64,000 bases of DNA from Candidatus Dojkabacteria bacterium (lineage in GTDB: Bacteria > Patescibacteriota > Dojkabacteria > JAHIVN01), in contig JAFGDO010000003.1 of NCBI GenBank assembly GCA_016932045.1, positions 12,115-76,114 on the forward strand, written 5' to 3'. Below are positions 1 to 10,014 of the stretch, piece by piece (the first letter of the stretch is position 1; each line of letters opens with the position of its first letter). The notes beneath the pieces are model-generated. The model did not search any database. It was given only the letters and a program-made list of their open reading frames with translations, and was not told where the DNA came from. Both the position numbers and the translations under genes were made by a program.

Positions 1-203
1 TCCCAGTCAAAAAGAAGCGACCAGTCAATATTCGATAGCTCATTCTGTCTCAGGTTCTCTAGGAAGTTGTTAATCTTATCCATTTGAAGAATTCCCTGTA
101 AAATGTTTTGTACAAGAACTTGATGATAAACAGATTCCTGAATAATTACATTATAACAAAAATGTAGGAATTTGAATAAAATCAAATTCCTACATTTATT
201 CAT
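1..203 (-). CDS. partial hypothetical protein (N-terminal part only; runs off the window start)
   Basis: Minus-strand open frame from ATG at 203 (alternative ATG at 83) with no stop before position 1. Translation begins MNKCRNLI.../MDKINNFLENLRQNELSNIDWSLLFDW. No recognisable motif. Confidence 0.3.
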   Translation of the reverse strand, partial: MNKCRNLILFKFLHFCYNVIIQESVYHQVLVQNILQGILQMDKINNFLENLRQNELSNIDWSLLFDW

Positions 204-219
204 CAGCTAAGAAATTCTC

Positions 220-576
220 TTACTCCTTAACCATACCGCTTATTACAGGAACCTCAAATAGCTCTCCATTGTTTGCCTTAACAGCACCCATCACCCTTAC
301 AGCAATATCGGCAATCCAAACCACGGCATCGACACAGAAACAAACAGTACCTACTATAAATACCGCACCGACTGTTCCAAGAATCCATAGAGCTACATGA
401 ACTACAACCATAACTACTCCAAAGTATAGAGAGTGTTTTGCACACTTCTTTGTAAATTCATCCTCATCGTTCATGAATATAAAACTAGTAATCGGAGCGA
501 AAATCCAAGCTAAAAGTGCATTTGTTTTATTAGCCTTTGGACTTGCTGCAGTCTCTTTTTTTGCTGGCATGTACAC
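220..576 (-). CDS. small integral membrane protein (2-3 TM helices), function unknown
   Basis: ORF-table translation. Hydrophobic stretches LLAWIFAPITSFIF and VVMVVVHVALWILGTVGAVFIVGTVCF. Confidence 0.45.
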   Translation of the reverse strand: MYMPAKKETAASPKANKTNALLAWIFAPITSFIFMNDEDEFTKKCAKHSLYFGVVMVVVHVALWILGTVGAVFIVGTVCFCVDAVVWIADIAVRVMGAVKANNGELFEVPVISGMVKE

Positions 577-629
577 TTTCTTAAAAAATTAACTAACATG
601 ATTAAGTATAAGGCTCTCTTAGATTTAAG

Positions 630-2450
630 TCAATACATTACTAGGGTTCCTTCTAAAACTTTTTTTTTGTATTGAAGCTTGAACATATCACCTATCTCTT
701 TGACAGTAGTAACGTCTTCACTCGCTTTATCTTTTCGGTCAAACTCCTTAAGTCGAGGAAATCTCAATGAGTATCCCTTTCCCTTTGAAAATCCTGCTTT
801 GTGGTTTGGACTTTTTGTCACTTCGTCAGCGTCAACCACAACTACTACTTCCGGACGAACCCAGACATCAGGCTGTAACATCTTAGCAACATCTACTATT
901 GAAGGTTTCTTCTTCTGCGAAATATCATCCAGCCTCTTTCTAATCCTCCCCCATTCCTCGTCTTTGATCCCTGTTCCTACCTTGGCAATTGACTCAAAGT
1001 TCCCATTTCCTTTATTCAGAACACCAATAAGAATAGCACCAATTCCAAACTTAGCACGCGCTCCTCGTCCTTTATAATACCCCAGAACAACAGCATCGAC
1101 ATTGTCAATCAGGTGTCCCTTGGCACTTTTTTTGAATTTTATCCAATCAAATCCTCTTTTTCCAGGTTCATACAGACTAGCCGGAAGTTTAGCAACAATT
1201 CCTTCCACTCCCAAGGCAACATACTCTTCAAATATTTCTTCAAAACTCTCCACACTCCTTACTTTCCTGCTAGGAGTAAATTCTATAATATCTTCTGTCT
1301 TTCCATGTTTAAGTATTTTCTCCAGAATTTTTAGTCGCTCGTTTAACTCTAGTTCTGAAAGGTCTTTATTATCTAAATAGAGAATATCGAAAGCAAAAAC
1401 TTTTATAGGCACTTCCTTGGCAAGCTCTGCAATTTTATATTTTCTTTTTCTTTGTATGGTTTCCTGAAAAGGAATAAACTCTTTAGTCTTATGATCGTAA
1501 CCAACCGCTTCACTATCCAGAATCACCGAGTCAATTCCTAGCTTCTCAATCGCCTTTACAATATCCGGAAACATATTCGTTAAGTTCTCGAGATTTCTCG
1601 AGAAAATTCTTGCATTCTCCAAACCGCACTCCAGTAATTCACCCTGTGAAATCTGATAACTTACCCCCTTAAAACCACTTCTGTCATAATGTATCTGACA
1701 TCTTAACCCATCATACTTTGGCTGAACGATCCACTCATCGCCCCTCTCCATAATCTTCTTAATTGTACTCTCCCTCTCACATAACATCGAAGCAATAGGA
1801 ACTCCAGCTACAAATTTTATATCTTCAAGTACCTCTATACCTTTCATAAAAATTTCCTCTGCTATAAAGCCTATGTCAGAGCGTGCACCATATGCCTTGT
1901 CTAAAACTTCGCGATAAGATTTGTCGCCAACTGAAGCTATTGAAAGAGCATCAAGAGCGCTTTTGTCACTCAGACCAAGGCGCAAATTCCCGAGTATCAT
2001 TCTTATAACATATTTTGAGGATACACTATCACAAGATTTGATCAAATCGGCAATTTTACCCACCTTGGCCTCTTGCGACCCAGTTCCTCCCAAGATAGCA
2101 ATGTCATACAGCAGTTGATAAACTTCTTTTATTGTAAGACTTGATTTTGTACTTTTTTGCAACTTTTCCACTACTAATCCTAAGTCACCAAGCTCTTTAA
2201 AAGAGTCTTCAATAGTTTCTGCCTCGAGCAGAAAAGCCTCAGCCAATGAACGCATTATAAGTCTTCGCGCGACATTAAATTCTAAGGGTATAAATCTGGG
2301 GACAACTCTCCCTTGCATAAGGTACAATGTTTCAGCAATTTCATCTTTTTCAAGAGACTTAAGAAGACGTGCAAGAATTTCTATCATCTCGTTCCGTGAT
2401 GAAGTCTTCTCTAACTTCTGTAAAATTTGGGCAAACTTTTTGAACTGCAT
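630..2450 (-). CDS. ATP-dependent DNA ligase (archaeal/eukaryotic-type, with N-terminal DNA-binding domain)
   Basis: 606 aa. Adenylation motif I KYDGLRCQIH (KxDGxR). Length and layout match Lig-type ATP ligases. Confidence 0.85.
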   Translation of the reverse strand: MQFKKFAQILQKLEKTSSRNEMIEILARLLKSLEKDEIAETLYLMQGRVVPRFIPLEFNVARRLIMRSLAEAFLLEAETIEDSFKELGDLGLVVEKLQKSTKSSLTIKEVYQLLYDIAILGGTGSQEAKVGKIADLIKSCDSVSSKYVIRMILGNLRLGLSDKSALDALSIASVGDKSYREVLDKAYGARSDIGFIAEEIFMKGIEVLEDIKFVAGVPIASMLCERESTIKKIMERGDEWIVQPKYDGLRCQIHYDRSGFKGVSYQISQGELLECGLENARIFSRNLENLTNMFPDIVKAIEKLGIDSVILDSEAVGYDHKTKEFIPFQETIQRKRKYKIAELAKEVPIKVFAFDILYLDNKDLSELELNERLKILEKILKHGKTEDIIEFTPSRKVRSVESFEEIFEEYVALGVEGIVAKLPASLYEPGKRGFDWIKFKKSAKGHLIDNVDAVVLGYYKGRGARAKFGIGAILIGVLNKGNGNFESIAKVGTGIKDEEWGRIRKRLDDISQKKKPSIVDVAKMLQPDVWVRPEVVVVVDADEVTKSPNHKAGFSKGKGYSLRFPRLKEFDRKDKASEDVTTVKEIGDMFKLQYKKKVLEGTLVMY

Positions 2451-2568
2451 AATTATAAATAGTTATATAGTTATATAGTTGAATAGTTAGAATTCCTTCC
2501 ACCCAATTCTCATATCTGTCTTAATCATTTTGATCGATTAGATCATCTTGATCATTTTCCCCTTCTAC

Positions 2569-3618
2569 CTACTTCAGTACATATCTTGCCGCCTTAGTCC
2601 TTCCCTCCTTTTTAACTACCCCTTTATCGATCAAATCACGAAGATCTCTCAAGATACTATCGTCACTAACTAAAGGGAACAGCTCCTGCCAATCTTTATT
2701 CCGAACATGACCTTTTTTATTCATAAAATTTATAATTCTTACCTGTCGATCATTTAGCGCAACCTGCCCAATAGTCTTCCTAAGCTTTACATCCCTGCTT
2801 ATATCCAGTACTTTTTTCTTAATCCTGTCGAGTTCAACTGCAAGTCCCTTTGCAAAAAATTCAAGCCAAATTGTAAGATCATCATCATTCTCCTCAACAC
2901 TTGCAAGAGCTTTATAATACCCCTCCAAATTCTGATCATAATACTCTTCAAGAGAAAAAAACTTCTTTATATCGTATCCATCTGAGTATAGGCTGTAAGT
3001 CGCAAGTATTCTTGATGTGCGTCCGTTTCCATCTGTAAATGGATGAATCCTTGCTATTTCATATAGTATAATTCCTGATTTAATAACAGGATGCACCTTG
3101 CTTCCTTCCTTTTCCAGCCATTCTAAAAGTGCATCAATTTCTCCAACAATATACTCCGGTTCAACCGGTTCAAAAACAACCTCATGAGTTGAAGAATCTA
3201 TAAGAGCCTCTTTACATGTCCTAAATCTGCCAAGCTCATCTTCCGGAAGAATTCCGGACATCACTTTTTTGTGTATCTTAAGAATATTTTCTCTGTTAAT
3301 TGAGGTATCCCTCATCCTCCCCATATATTCAATCACCTCCCTATAATTAATGATTTCCTTAATGTCTCTTCTCCTAAAAGTTTGCACCTTTTTGCCTCCT
3401 AAAACCCTTTTAGCTTCATCGAAATCAAGTTTATTGCCTTCTATCTTTGTCGAAAAATATATAGTTCTTTGTTCGGCTTCCTCCCTGAACCTTCTTTCCC
3501 AGGCAGGAATAAGAGGGGCATTCTCGATAATCTGTTTAGCTGCTTCAACTTGAGAAATATATTTCAGAAGGTCATTTGTTATGTTATAGATGGGCTTATA
3601 CATAAAACAATTATACAT
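2569..3618 (-). CDS. Fic/Doc family protein with C-terminal winged-helix domain
   Basis: Fic motif HPFTDGNGRTSR (HPFx[DE]GNGR). C-terminal region ...ILRDLRDLIDKGVVKKEGRTKAARYVLK resembles a wHTH. Confidence 0.85.
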   Translation of the reverse strand: MYNCFMYKPIYNITNDLLKYISQVEAAKQIIENAPLIPAWERRFREEAEQRTIYFSTKIEGNKLDFDEAKRVLGGKKVQTFRRRDIKEIINYREVIEYMGRMRDTSINRENILKIHKKVMSGILPEDELGRFRTCKEALIDSSTHEVVFEPVEPEYIVGEIDALLEWLEKEGSKVHPVIKSGIILYEIARIHPFTDGNGRTSRILATYSLYSDGYDIKKFFSLEEYYDQNLEGYYKALASVEENDDDLTIWLEFFAKGLAVELDRIKKKVLDISRDVKLRKTIGQVALNDRQVRIINFMNKKGHVRNKDWQELFPLVSDDSILRDLRDLIDKGVVKKEGRTKAARYVLK

Positions 3619-3865
3619 AATTGTCTGTAATTTTCCACTGTAAGGGAGAGATCATAAATATGCAACTGTTCATGAAAGATTTAGACTCGCGTTTAGTGAG
3701 AATGAACTAGTATGTGATTTGGGGAAAGATCTGATGCTATATCCTGATATTCACATCGTAGTATGCCGACCCTAGACAAAAATCACGAAGTTGTCCAGAT
3801 CGCAGGTTTGGGAGGAGGAAGCCCAAAAGGCCAAAACTCTTCTAGTATAGGACTAACATTAAAAT

Positions 3866-4234
3866 TTACATTAACTCATAATGACTTCCCTTTGTTTTTC
3901 CTACTTGTTTGATATAACCTTTCTCGGAAAGTGTCGTTAAATCACGTCTAATTGTTCTTTCAGAAACATCATTAATTTCGTTTCCTATCATCTCGTTTGT
4001 AATCTTGTCTTCCCTGTCAAAAAGACTGAGAATTCTTTTTTGTCTTGCATTTAACTTACCTGTAGTAGTATCAATAGCATATCTGGTTTTTCTTAGTAAT
4101 TTTTTACCTTCTTTCCCAACTAACTTCCCCTTCCTCTTAACAGCAGAAACCGCAATAAGTACACCAACAGCAGCTGCGGCTCCATAAAAAAGAAACTTAA
4201 GCGACTTTTTTGCGAGAGATGATCTTTTTTTCAC
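3866..4234 (-). CDS. membrane-anchored HTH (DeoR/wHTH-like) transcriptional regulator
   Basis: N-terminal TM (FLFYGAAAAVGVLIAVSAV) and C-terminal SERTIRRDLTTLSEKGYIKQVGKTKGSHYEL HTH-like segment. Confidence 0.45.
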   Translation of the reverse strand: MKKRSSLAKKSLKFLFYGAAAAVGVLIAVSAVKRKGKLVGKEGKKLLRKTRYAIDTTTGKLNARQKRILSLFDREDKITNEMIGNEINDVSERTIRRDLTTLSEKGYIKQVGKTKGSHYELM

Positions 4235-4377
4235 TTATTCATAATAACATCTTATTCGGACGTATTTTACAGGAACAAAGAATTCTTTACAATAAATTTG
4301 TATCAGAATAAATCAAAATACCAAGAACCACTCAACTACCCGGTCATCAAATAACAATATAGCATTATAGCACAGCA

Positions 4378-7092
4378 TTAATGTACCTCCTCGAGATTCT
4401 TTCCCTCATAAATATCGACCTTTAACGGCACTTCCAGTGGATAAACGTTTTCCATTATATCCTTCACCTTCTTTTTTAATCCTACCTTTCCCAATTCCCC
4501 TTTATATTCAAAAACTAATTCATCATGTATTTGGAGAAGCATTCTAGCTTTCTTAGGGAATTCTTTTTGTATCATTTCAAAAACTTTTACCATCGCAAGT
4601 TTCATCATATCAGCAGCACTTCCTTGAATGGGAAAATTTATAAGCTCTCTTGTAGCCGCCCCTTGCACTGTCCTATTTAAGGACACAAGACCTCTAGCCA
4701 TTCTTCTCCTTCCGAATATAGTTTCTGCATATCCCTTATCTTTGCATTTACTTAAATATCCATCGAAATACTCACGCACCGAAGAATATTCATCAAAATA
4801 TTTCTCGATAAATTCGCATGCTTCAGAGAAAGAAATTTTAAGAGAATTTGAAAGTCCGTGAGGTCCCATACCATACATGACCGCGAAATTTATGGTTTTA
4901 CCAATGCCCCTCTCTCTCTTTGTAATCTTGTCCATCGACTTCTTAAATATTTTGGAAGCAGTAAGTAAGTGTACATCAACACCTTTTTCGAAAGCATCTA
5001 TCAAGTTTCTCTCGTGGGCCAAGTGAGCTAATATCCTAAGTTCCTGCTGGGAATAATCAAATGATATAAAGGAGCTTTCTAAACCTGAAACAAATGCCCT
5101 TCGAACCCTTCTTCCTAGATCAGAGGATATCGGGATATTCTGAAGATTTGGTTCAGTTGAAGATAATCTTCCTGTTGCTGTAACAGCTTGATTATATGTG
5201 GTATGAATTCTTTTAGTCTTAGAGTTAACAGCATCCAAAAGAGATGTTGTATATGTTGACCGAATTTTTGACAGTTCTCTATATTGAAGAATTTTGTTGA
5301 TAACCGGATGAACTTCTGTTAATTCGTTTAATATCCCAACTCCTGTTGAGTAACCTCCACTTTTCGTCTTTTTCGGCTTGGGAAGATTTAGTTCTTCAAA
5401 AAGAATCTCTGAGACCTGCTTTGGAGAATTCAGGTTAAATTCGTGTCCTACAAGCTTATATGCATCCTTCTGCACATCTTTTAAATCCTTATCTATCATA
5501 AGACCAAAGTTCTCAAGATACTTCCTATCAATTAGAATACCATTAAACTCCATTTTAGATAGTACGGGAATAAGTGGCATTTCTATAAGGGAAAAAAGTT
5601 TCTTCAGATTCCATTCACCACCCTTCGATGATTCTTCTAACTTCTTTTCTAATATTTTAAACAACTTCAATATTACCTGAGCTTCCTTTGACACACAGCT
5701 AGTATCCGAATCTGTGATTTCAATCTGACCGTTTTTGTCCTGATCAAAAACTGCACCTAGGTAATTAAATGCAAGATCTTTAAACGCTACGCTCCCATAC
5801 CCAGCTTGGGCTAGAAATGCTGCCAATTGAATATCAAAGAATTTCCCCTTTAATTCTATCCCTATATTCCTTAAAGCGTGGATTGAGGATTTAATATCAT
5901 ATCCTACTTTTAAGTAACTCCCATTCTCTAAAATACTTCTGATCTTTTTACCGTGCACTGTAAGATTTGCACCATCATAAACCGAATCTACACCAATGCA
6001 GTAAACCTTGCTCTCATCCCATGAAAACGACAAAAGAGAGGGCAACGCTTCAACTATACATCTTCTTGAAACTGTAAGTGCAAGCGAGAAAGTCTTTTCT
6101 TTCTTTAACTTATTTATAAAACTTAGAATCTGCTTATCGTTCTTAAGCAAACTCACATCTAAAGCCTTCTTATCAGATGTAGCTTGTTTTATATCTGTCA
6201 TGACAACACCCGATCCTTCCTGCATCTTATCAAGTCTTCTTAAAAGTGATAAAAACTCAAACCGCTGAAAAACCTTTTTAACTTTATCTGCATTAAACTT
6301 GCCCCATTTACATTTCTTTATCTCATAAGACAGGGAAATATCTTTCACTATTTCCGCAAGATCCCTGCTTAGATAAGCTATGTCCTTTCCTTCTTCCAGC
6401 CTGTTTCTATAACGCCCCTCCACTTTTTGAATATTGCGATAGATATTGTCCAAGCTGCCAAACCTTTCAAGTAAATTAACAGCTCCTTTTTTTCCTATTC
6501 CCGAAACACCGGGAATATTATCTGAAGGATCCCCACATAAAGCTTTGTAATCAACAATTTGATTAGGTTTAAGACCTACTTTTTTATAGACTTCAAGTGG
6601 CCCAAAGAGTTGTGAATCTTTGAAATTCCGTCCAGCAAGATAAACTTGTGTGTCAAGATCAACAAGTTGAAATATATCCTGATCTCCCGTTACTATAATC
6701 TTCTCTAAATTCCTGGCTTTTAAATCATTCTCTAAAGTTCCGATCACATCATCGGCTTCATAGCCACGCTTTTCAAGTATCGGTATATCAAACGCCTCCA
6801 CGACTTCTTTTGTTTTGGGTATTTGAGTTTTTAAATCTTCCTCGAGAGGCTTCCTGGTTGCCTTGTACTCTTTATATTTTTTATGTCTAATTGTTACTCC
6901 GGGTACATCATAAACACAAACTAAATAGTCTGGTTTCAATTCGTCGATAACTTTAAGAAGAATAACTGAGAATCCATAGGTAGCATTTGTTAACTCGCCT
7001 CTTGATGTTGAGAGTTCCTTCGGGTAAGCGTGATATGCTCGATGAATTAATGCATTTGAGTCTATCAGAACAAATTTCTTTTTACTTTTCAT
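4378..7092 (-). CDS. polA: DNA polymerase I (5'-3' exonuclease plus polymerase domain)
   Basis: 904 aa. 5'-nuclease N-terminus (LIDSNALIHRAYHA). Polymerase motifs YSQQELRILAHL and QIHDELVFE. Confidence 0.92.
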   Translation of the reverse strand: MKSKKKFVLIDSNALIHRAYHAYPKELSTSRGELTNATYGFSVILLKVIDELKPDYLVCVYDVPGVTIRHKKYKEYKATRKPLEEDLKTQIPKTKEVVEAFDIPILEKRGYEADDVIGTLENDLKARNLEKIIVTGDQDIFQLVDLDTQVYLAGRNFKDSQLFGPLEVYKKVGLKPNQIVDYKALCGDPSDNIPGVSGIGKKGAVNLLERFGSLDNIYRNIQKVEGRYRNRLEEGKDIAYLSRDLAEIVKDISLSYEIKKCKWGKFNADKVKKVFQRFEFLSLLRRLDKMQEGSGVVMTDIKQATSDKKALDVSLLKNDKQILSFINKLKKEKTFSLALTVSRRCIVEALPSLLSFSWDESKVYCIGVDSVYDGANLTVHGKKIRSILENGSYLKVGYDIKSSIHALRNIGIELKGKFFDIQLAAFLAQAGYGSVAFKDLAFNYLGAVFDQDKNGQIEITDSDTSCVSKEAQVILKLFKILEKKLEESSKGGEWNLKKLFSLIEMPLIPVLSKMEFNGILIDRKYLENFGLMIDKDLKDVQKDAYKLVGHEFNLNSPKQVSEILFEELNLPKPKKTKSGGYSTGVGILNELTEVHPVINKILQYRELSKIRSTYTTSLLDAVNSKTKRIHTTYNQAVTATGRLSSTEPNLQNIPISSDLGRRVRRAFVSGLESSFISFDYSQQELRILAHLAHERNLIDAFEKGVDVHLLTASKIFKKSMDKITKRERGIGKTINFAVMYGMGPHGLSNSLKISFSEACEFIEKYFDEYSSVREYFDGYLSKCKDKGYAETIFGRRRMARGLVSLNRTVQGAATRELINFPIQGSAADMMKLAMVKVFEMIQKEFPKKARMLLQIHDELVFEYKGELGKVGLKKKVKDIMENVYPLEVPLKVDIYEGKNLEEVH

Positions 7093-7165
7093 AGGAGGAA
7101 TTCTGTAAATCCACTAGATACGCACTTCTCTTCAATATCAACTAATTGAAAGCTTTTATCCTAAT

Positions 7166-9094
7166 TTACTCCTCATCATCTTCGACCTTTTTATCTCGAT
7201 TTTTTTTGAACAAGGCGTTAAACTCTTCAGCCTCGACAACTTCCTTTTCCTTGAGCATATTGGCCAGTTTATCTAGGTTCTTACGGTTTTTCTCTAAAAT
7301 ACTCTTCACTTCCTCATATGAAGTGTTTATCACCCGTCGTATCTCCTCATCTATCTCACGTGCTGTTTCTTCGGAATAATCTCTTTCATTCTGATAAGCA
7401 TAGCCTAGGTACTGCAATGTGTCGCTTTTACCGTATTCAATAAGTCCCAGTTTTTCACTCATTCCGTATTTCATAATCATCCTTCGAGCTAGATCAGATG
7501 CTTTTTCAATATCATTTGCCGCTCCGGTGGAAACATCTCCGAATACAATTTCTTCTGCAGCACGTCCTCCCAGTAAACCTTTTATCTCAGTAAGTATTTT
7601 AGTCCTTGTAACAAGAAGTTCATCATCCTGTGGTAAATGCAATGTACTCCCAAGTGACAAGCCACGCGATACTATAGTAATTCTATGAACAGGATCAGCT
7701 TCAGGAAGGAACTTTGTAACTAGCGCATGACCGGCTTCATGGTAGGCCGTTATGTCAACATCACGCTCTGTTCGCCTCCTTTTCCTTTCAGGCCCAACTA
7801 CCACCTTTGTAGCTGCTTCTTCAATATCATCTGTTGAAATCTTATTCCTATTGTCCTTTGCTGCTATTATTGCGGCTTCGTTCAGCATGTTTTCAAGGTC
7901 TGCACCTGAAAAACCAACTGTTCTTCGCGCAACCTTTTCCAGATCTACATTATCCGCGAGAGGCTTATTCCTTGCATGTATTTTTAGGATCTTCAATCTC
8001 CCATCAATATCAGGCAGATCCAAAACAATCCTACGATCAAACCTTCCTGGTCGCAGTATTGCAGGATCTAGTACATCTGGACGGTTAGTTGCTGCAATAA
8101 CAATTACATTGTCATGTTGCTCAAACCCATCCATCTCAACAAGTATCTGATTCAATGTTTGCTCAGTACTGCTGCTCTGTATAGTCGTACCGCGCTTCCT
8201 AGCAACAGCATCTATCTCATCAACGAAAATAAGTGCTGGAGCGGCCCTCTTTGCCTTGTCAAAAAGATCTCGTACTCTTGAAGCACCAGCACCAACTAAC
8301 ATTTCCTCAAATTCTGCTCCTGAAGTATGAAAAAACGGGACGCCAGCTTCACCAGCAACTGCTCGGGCAAAATACGTCTTACCAGTCCCAGGAGGTCCGA
8401 CAAGCAAAAGTCCTTTTGGAATCCGGGCACCAAGCTTCAGAAATCTCTTTGGATCCTTGAGGAATAGAACAACCTCCCGCAATTCTTCCTTTGCCTCAGC
8501 ATAATTCGCGACATCTTTAAATGTTAGATCAGGTTTCCTTCCAAATATTAGTTTCGCACGGCTTTTACCAAATGAAAAAAGCTTATTCCCACTTGATTGG
8601 ACTCCTCGTATAAGGAAAAGACCAAGTGCAATTATTCCTACAAACATGAGTATATTGAAAATACCATTTACAACCATTACCCAATCAATAGGAGGATTGC
8701 AATACCTTACCGGAACCTCCTGTTCACTTAAGCCCAAACCATCCTTACTGTATATAAAACTAGCAAAATCACTTTCTCCTCTTACTGCCACCTTCTTCTT
8801 GTCGCTATCCTTCACATTTTCCTCAACTTTATCACCACATACAATAAATTCTTCAACTCTGCCCTGCCTTGCATCTTCGTAAAGCTGTGAAATACCGACC
8901 TCCTCTATCTCTTCACTAGGAAAAATTCTGAAGACAAGGCTACCTATAAGACTCACTACCAGAAGAATTGGTAATAAGTAGCTGAAAATACTCCTCCTTT
9001 TCTTAACTGGTCTAAACTTTATAGTACGCCCAGTTGGACGCATAGTTTTCTGACCTTTACCCTCTTCTGTTTTATTTTCAGTATTTTTACTCAT
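7166..9094 (-). CDS. ftsH: ATP-dependent zinc metalloprotease FtsH
   Basis: Walker [12 protein letters not shown] region and HEAGHALV zinc motif. The table ORF starts at a TTG at 9169. I place the start at the in-frame ATG at 9094 (MSKNTENK...). Confidence 0.9.
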   Translation of the reverse strand: MSKNTENKTEEGKGQKTMRPTGRTIKFRPVKKRRSIFSYLLPILLVVSLIGSLVFRIFPSEEIEEVGISQLYEDARQGRVEEFIVCGDKVEENVKDSDKKKVAVRGESDFASFIYSKDGLGLSEQEVPVRYCNPPIDWVMVVNGIFNILMFVGIIALGLFLIRGVQSSGNKLFSFGKSRAKLIFGRKPDLTFKDVANYAEAKEELREVVLFLKDPKRFLKLGARIPKGLLLVGPPGTGKTYFARAVAGEAGVPFFHTSGAEFEEMLVGAGASRVRDLFDKAKRAAPALIFVDEIDAVARKRGTTIQSSSTEQTLNQILVEMDGFEQHDNVIVIAATNRPDVLDPAILRPGRFDRRIVLDLPDIDGRLKILKIHARNKPLADNVDLEKVARRTVGFSGADLENMLNEAAIIAAKDNRNKISTDDIEEAATKVVVGPERKRRRTERDVDITAYHEAGHALVTKFLPEADPVHRITIVSRGLSLGSTLHLPQDDELLVTRTKILTEIKGLLGGRAAEEIVFGDVSTGAANDIEKASDLARRMIMKYGMSEKLGLIEYGKSDTLQYLGYAYQNERDYSEETAREIDEEIRRVINTSYEEVKSILEKNRKNLDKLANMLKEKEVVEAEEFNALFKKNRDKKVEDDEE

Positions 9095-9150
9095 TATTTT
9101 TAATATAAAATTAACTCTTTTTCTTGTTAATAAACACTGCTTGACTGTGA

Positions 9151-9260
9151 CTGGGATGAGAATCCACAAGGCAGAACTTAGCGATGCTAAGCAGAACGAA
9201 GCAGAGCTATAGTCTGACCTAGTCCCGTGGATTTATTCTACGGGAGAACTCACCTTTCTC
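9151..9260 (+). repeat. copy 1 of a ~100-nt structured repeat (candidate small RNA/regulatory element) lying between the tRNA-Met(CAT) gene and the ftsH start
   Basis: About 85% identical over ~70 nt to the copy at 9556-9652. Shared hairpin CTTAGCGATGCTAAG. The terminal hairpin shows compensatory changes between copies (CCCGTGG...CTACGGG here, CCCGC...GCGGG in copy 2). Confidence 0.5.
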
Positions 9261-9324
9261 ATTATACTTCTTTTTATTAAACACAGGCTTATCTGCAAGT
9301 TACATTAAACGACGACTACCTGAA

Positions 9325-9398
9325 TGACGGGGGTGAGAATCGAACTCACGACCTGGGGCTTATGAGTCCCCCGCTCTAACCTACTGAGCTACCCCGCC
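9325..9398 (-). tRNA. tRNA-Met (anticodon CAT); elongator Met or lysidine-modified Ile2 cannot be distinguished
   Basis: Manual fold of the reverse complement. Acceptor GGCGGGG/CCCCGTC with one G-U pair, D-arm TAGCTCAGTAGGTTAGAGC, anticodon loop CTCATAA, T-arm GTGAGTTCGATTCTCAC. No encoded CCA. Confidence 0.8.
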
Positions 9399-9555
9399 CC
9401 AGTCAGGCAGATGAACTCTTAATTCAAAGATCCATAGACAAATTTGCATACAAATTCATAAACTACGAATAATTTTACTACATAGGCAAATGAAATAGAA
9501 ATAATAATTAATGATTCATTGTCGGCGTTTGGAAATTTATATTTGTAAAAATTGC

Positions 9556-9652
9556 GGGGGCTGGAATCCTCAAGGCAGAACTTAGCGATGCTGAGTAAAA
9601 CGAAGCAGGGCTAAAGTCTGACCTAGTCCCGCTCTGCGGGAGAACCAACCTG
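9556..9652 (+). repeat. copy 2 of the ~100-nt structured repeat, between tRNA-Met and tRNA-fMet
   Basis: See copy 1. Hairpin CTTAGCGATGCTGAG. The T/G change gives a G-U pair only if transcribed from the plus strand. Terminal hairpin CCCGCTCTGCGGG. Confidence 0.5.
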
Positions 9653-9764
9653 CGTACCCAGTGTCACAGTATCTATTCGACCTAGTATACGCCAGACAAG
9701 CACTTTCTGCTTGTTATCCTACTACCCCAAATAATATCATAACGAGCGTCAAATCATTCTTTGG

Positions 9765-9836
9765 TTGCGGGGGTTGGAATCGAACCAACGACCTCCAGGT
9801 TATGAGCCTAGCGAGCTACCACTGCTCCACCCCGCG
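9765..9836 (-). tRNA. initiator tRNA-fMet (anticodon CAT)
   Basis: The reverse complement CGCGGGGTGGAGCAGTGGTAGCTCGCTAGGCTCATAACCTGGAGGTCGTTGGTTCGATTCCAACCCCCGCAA closely resembles E. coli tRNA-fMet. It has the bacterial initiator hallmark C1xA72 mismatch. Confidence 0.85.
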
Positions 9837-10014
9837 TTCTTGTCTTTACGCTATCTATCTAGAATATGAGGATTTATTGAAATTCCCTCCTTAGCCAATT
9901 TCTCAATAATTCGGATAAAAACAATTGTCTGCAGCATAAGGACTATCAATTTATATCTTACATGCCCTCGTATAGTCAAGCAAACTCTAGATACACTATA
10001 CCGTAGATACTTGA

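Noticed and set aside
679-1380. Plus-strand ORFs (679-1077, 1102-1380, 1113-1334, 1921-2118) inside the ligase gene
   Set aside because: They are antisense to a well-supported 606-aa ligase CDS, low-complexity S/L/P-rich and without motifs. These are spurious shadow ORFs. The same logic applies to the many 60-140-aa antisense ORFs inside polA, ftsH, groEL, ClpB-like and other genes.
3620-3865. Possible SRP RNA/ncRNA in the 246-nt spacer (GGGAGGAGGAAGCCC)
   Set aside because: Only a weak resemblance to the SRP domain IV GGAAGCAGCC. There is no convincing helix or GNRA loop.
9095-9169. N-terminal extension of the ftsH ORF (MWILIPVTVKQ...)
   Set aside because: It starts at TTG and overlaps the conserved structured repeat. 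The canonical FtsH N-terminus begins at the ATG at 9094.
9151-9660. Possibility that the repeats flanking tRNA-Met are pieces of a (two-piece) tmRNA
   Set aside because: The GGGGGCTGGAATCC start and a short frame ending in a stop looked tmRNA-like. However there is no tRNA-like T-arm or acceptor 3' half, the candidate tag peptides do not end in hydrophobic A/L residues, and the element is about 100 nt long and duplicated. I did not call it tmRNA.
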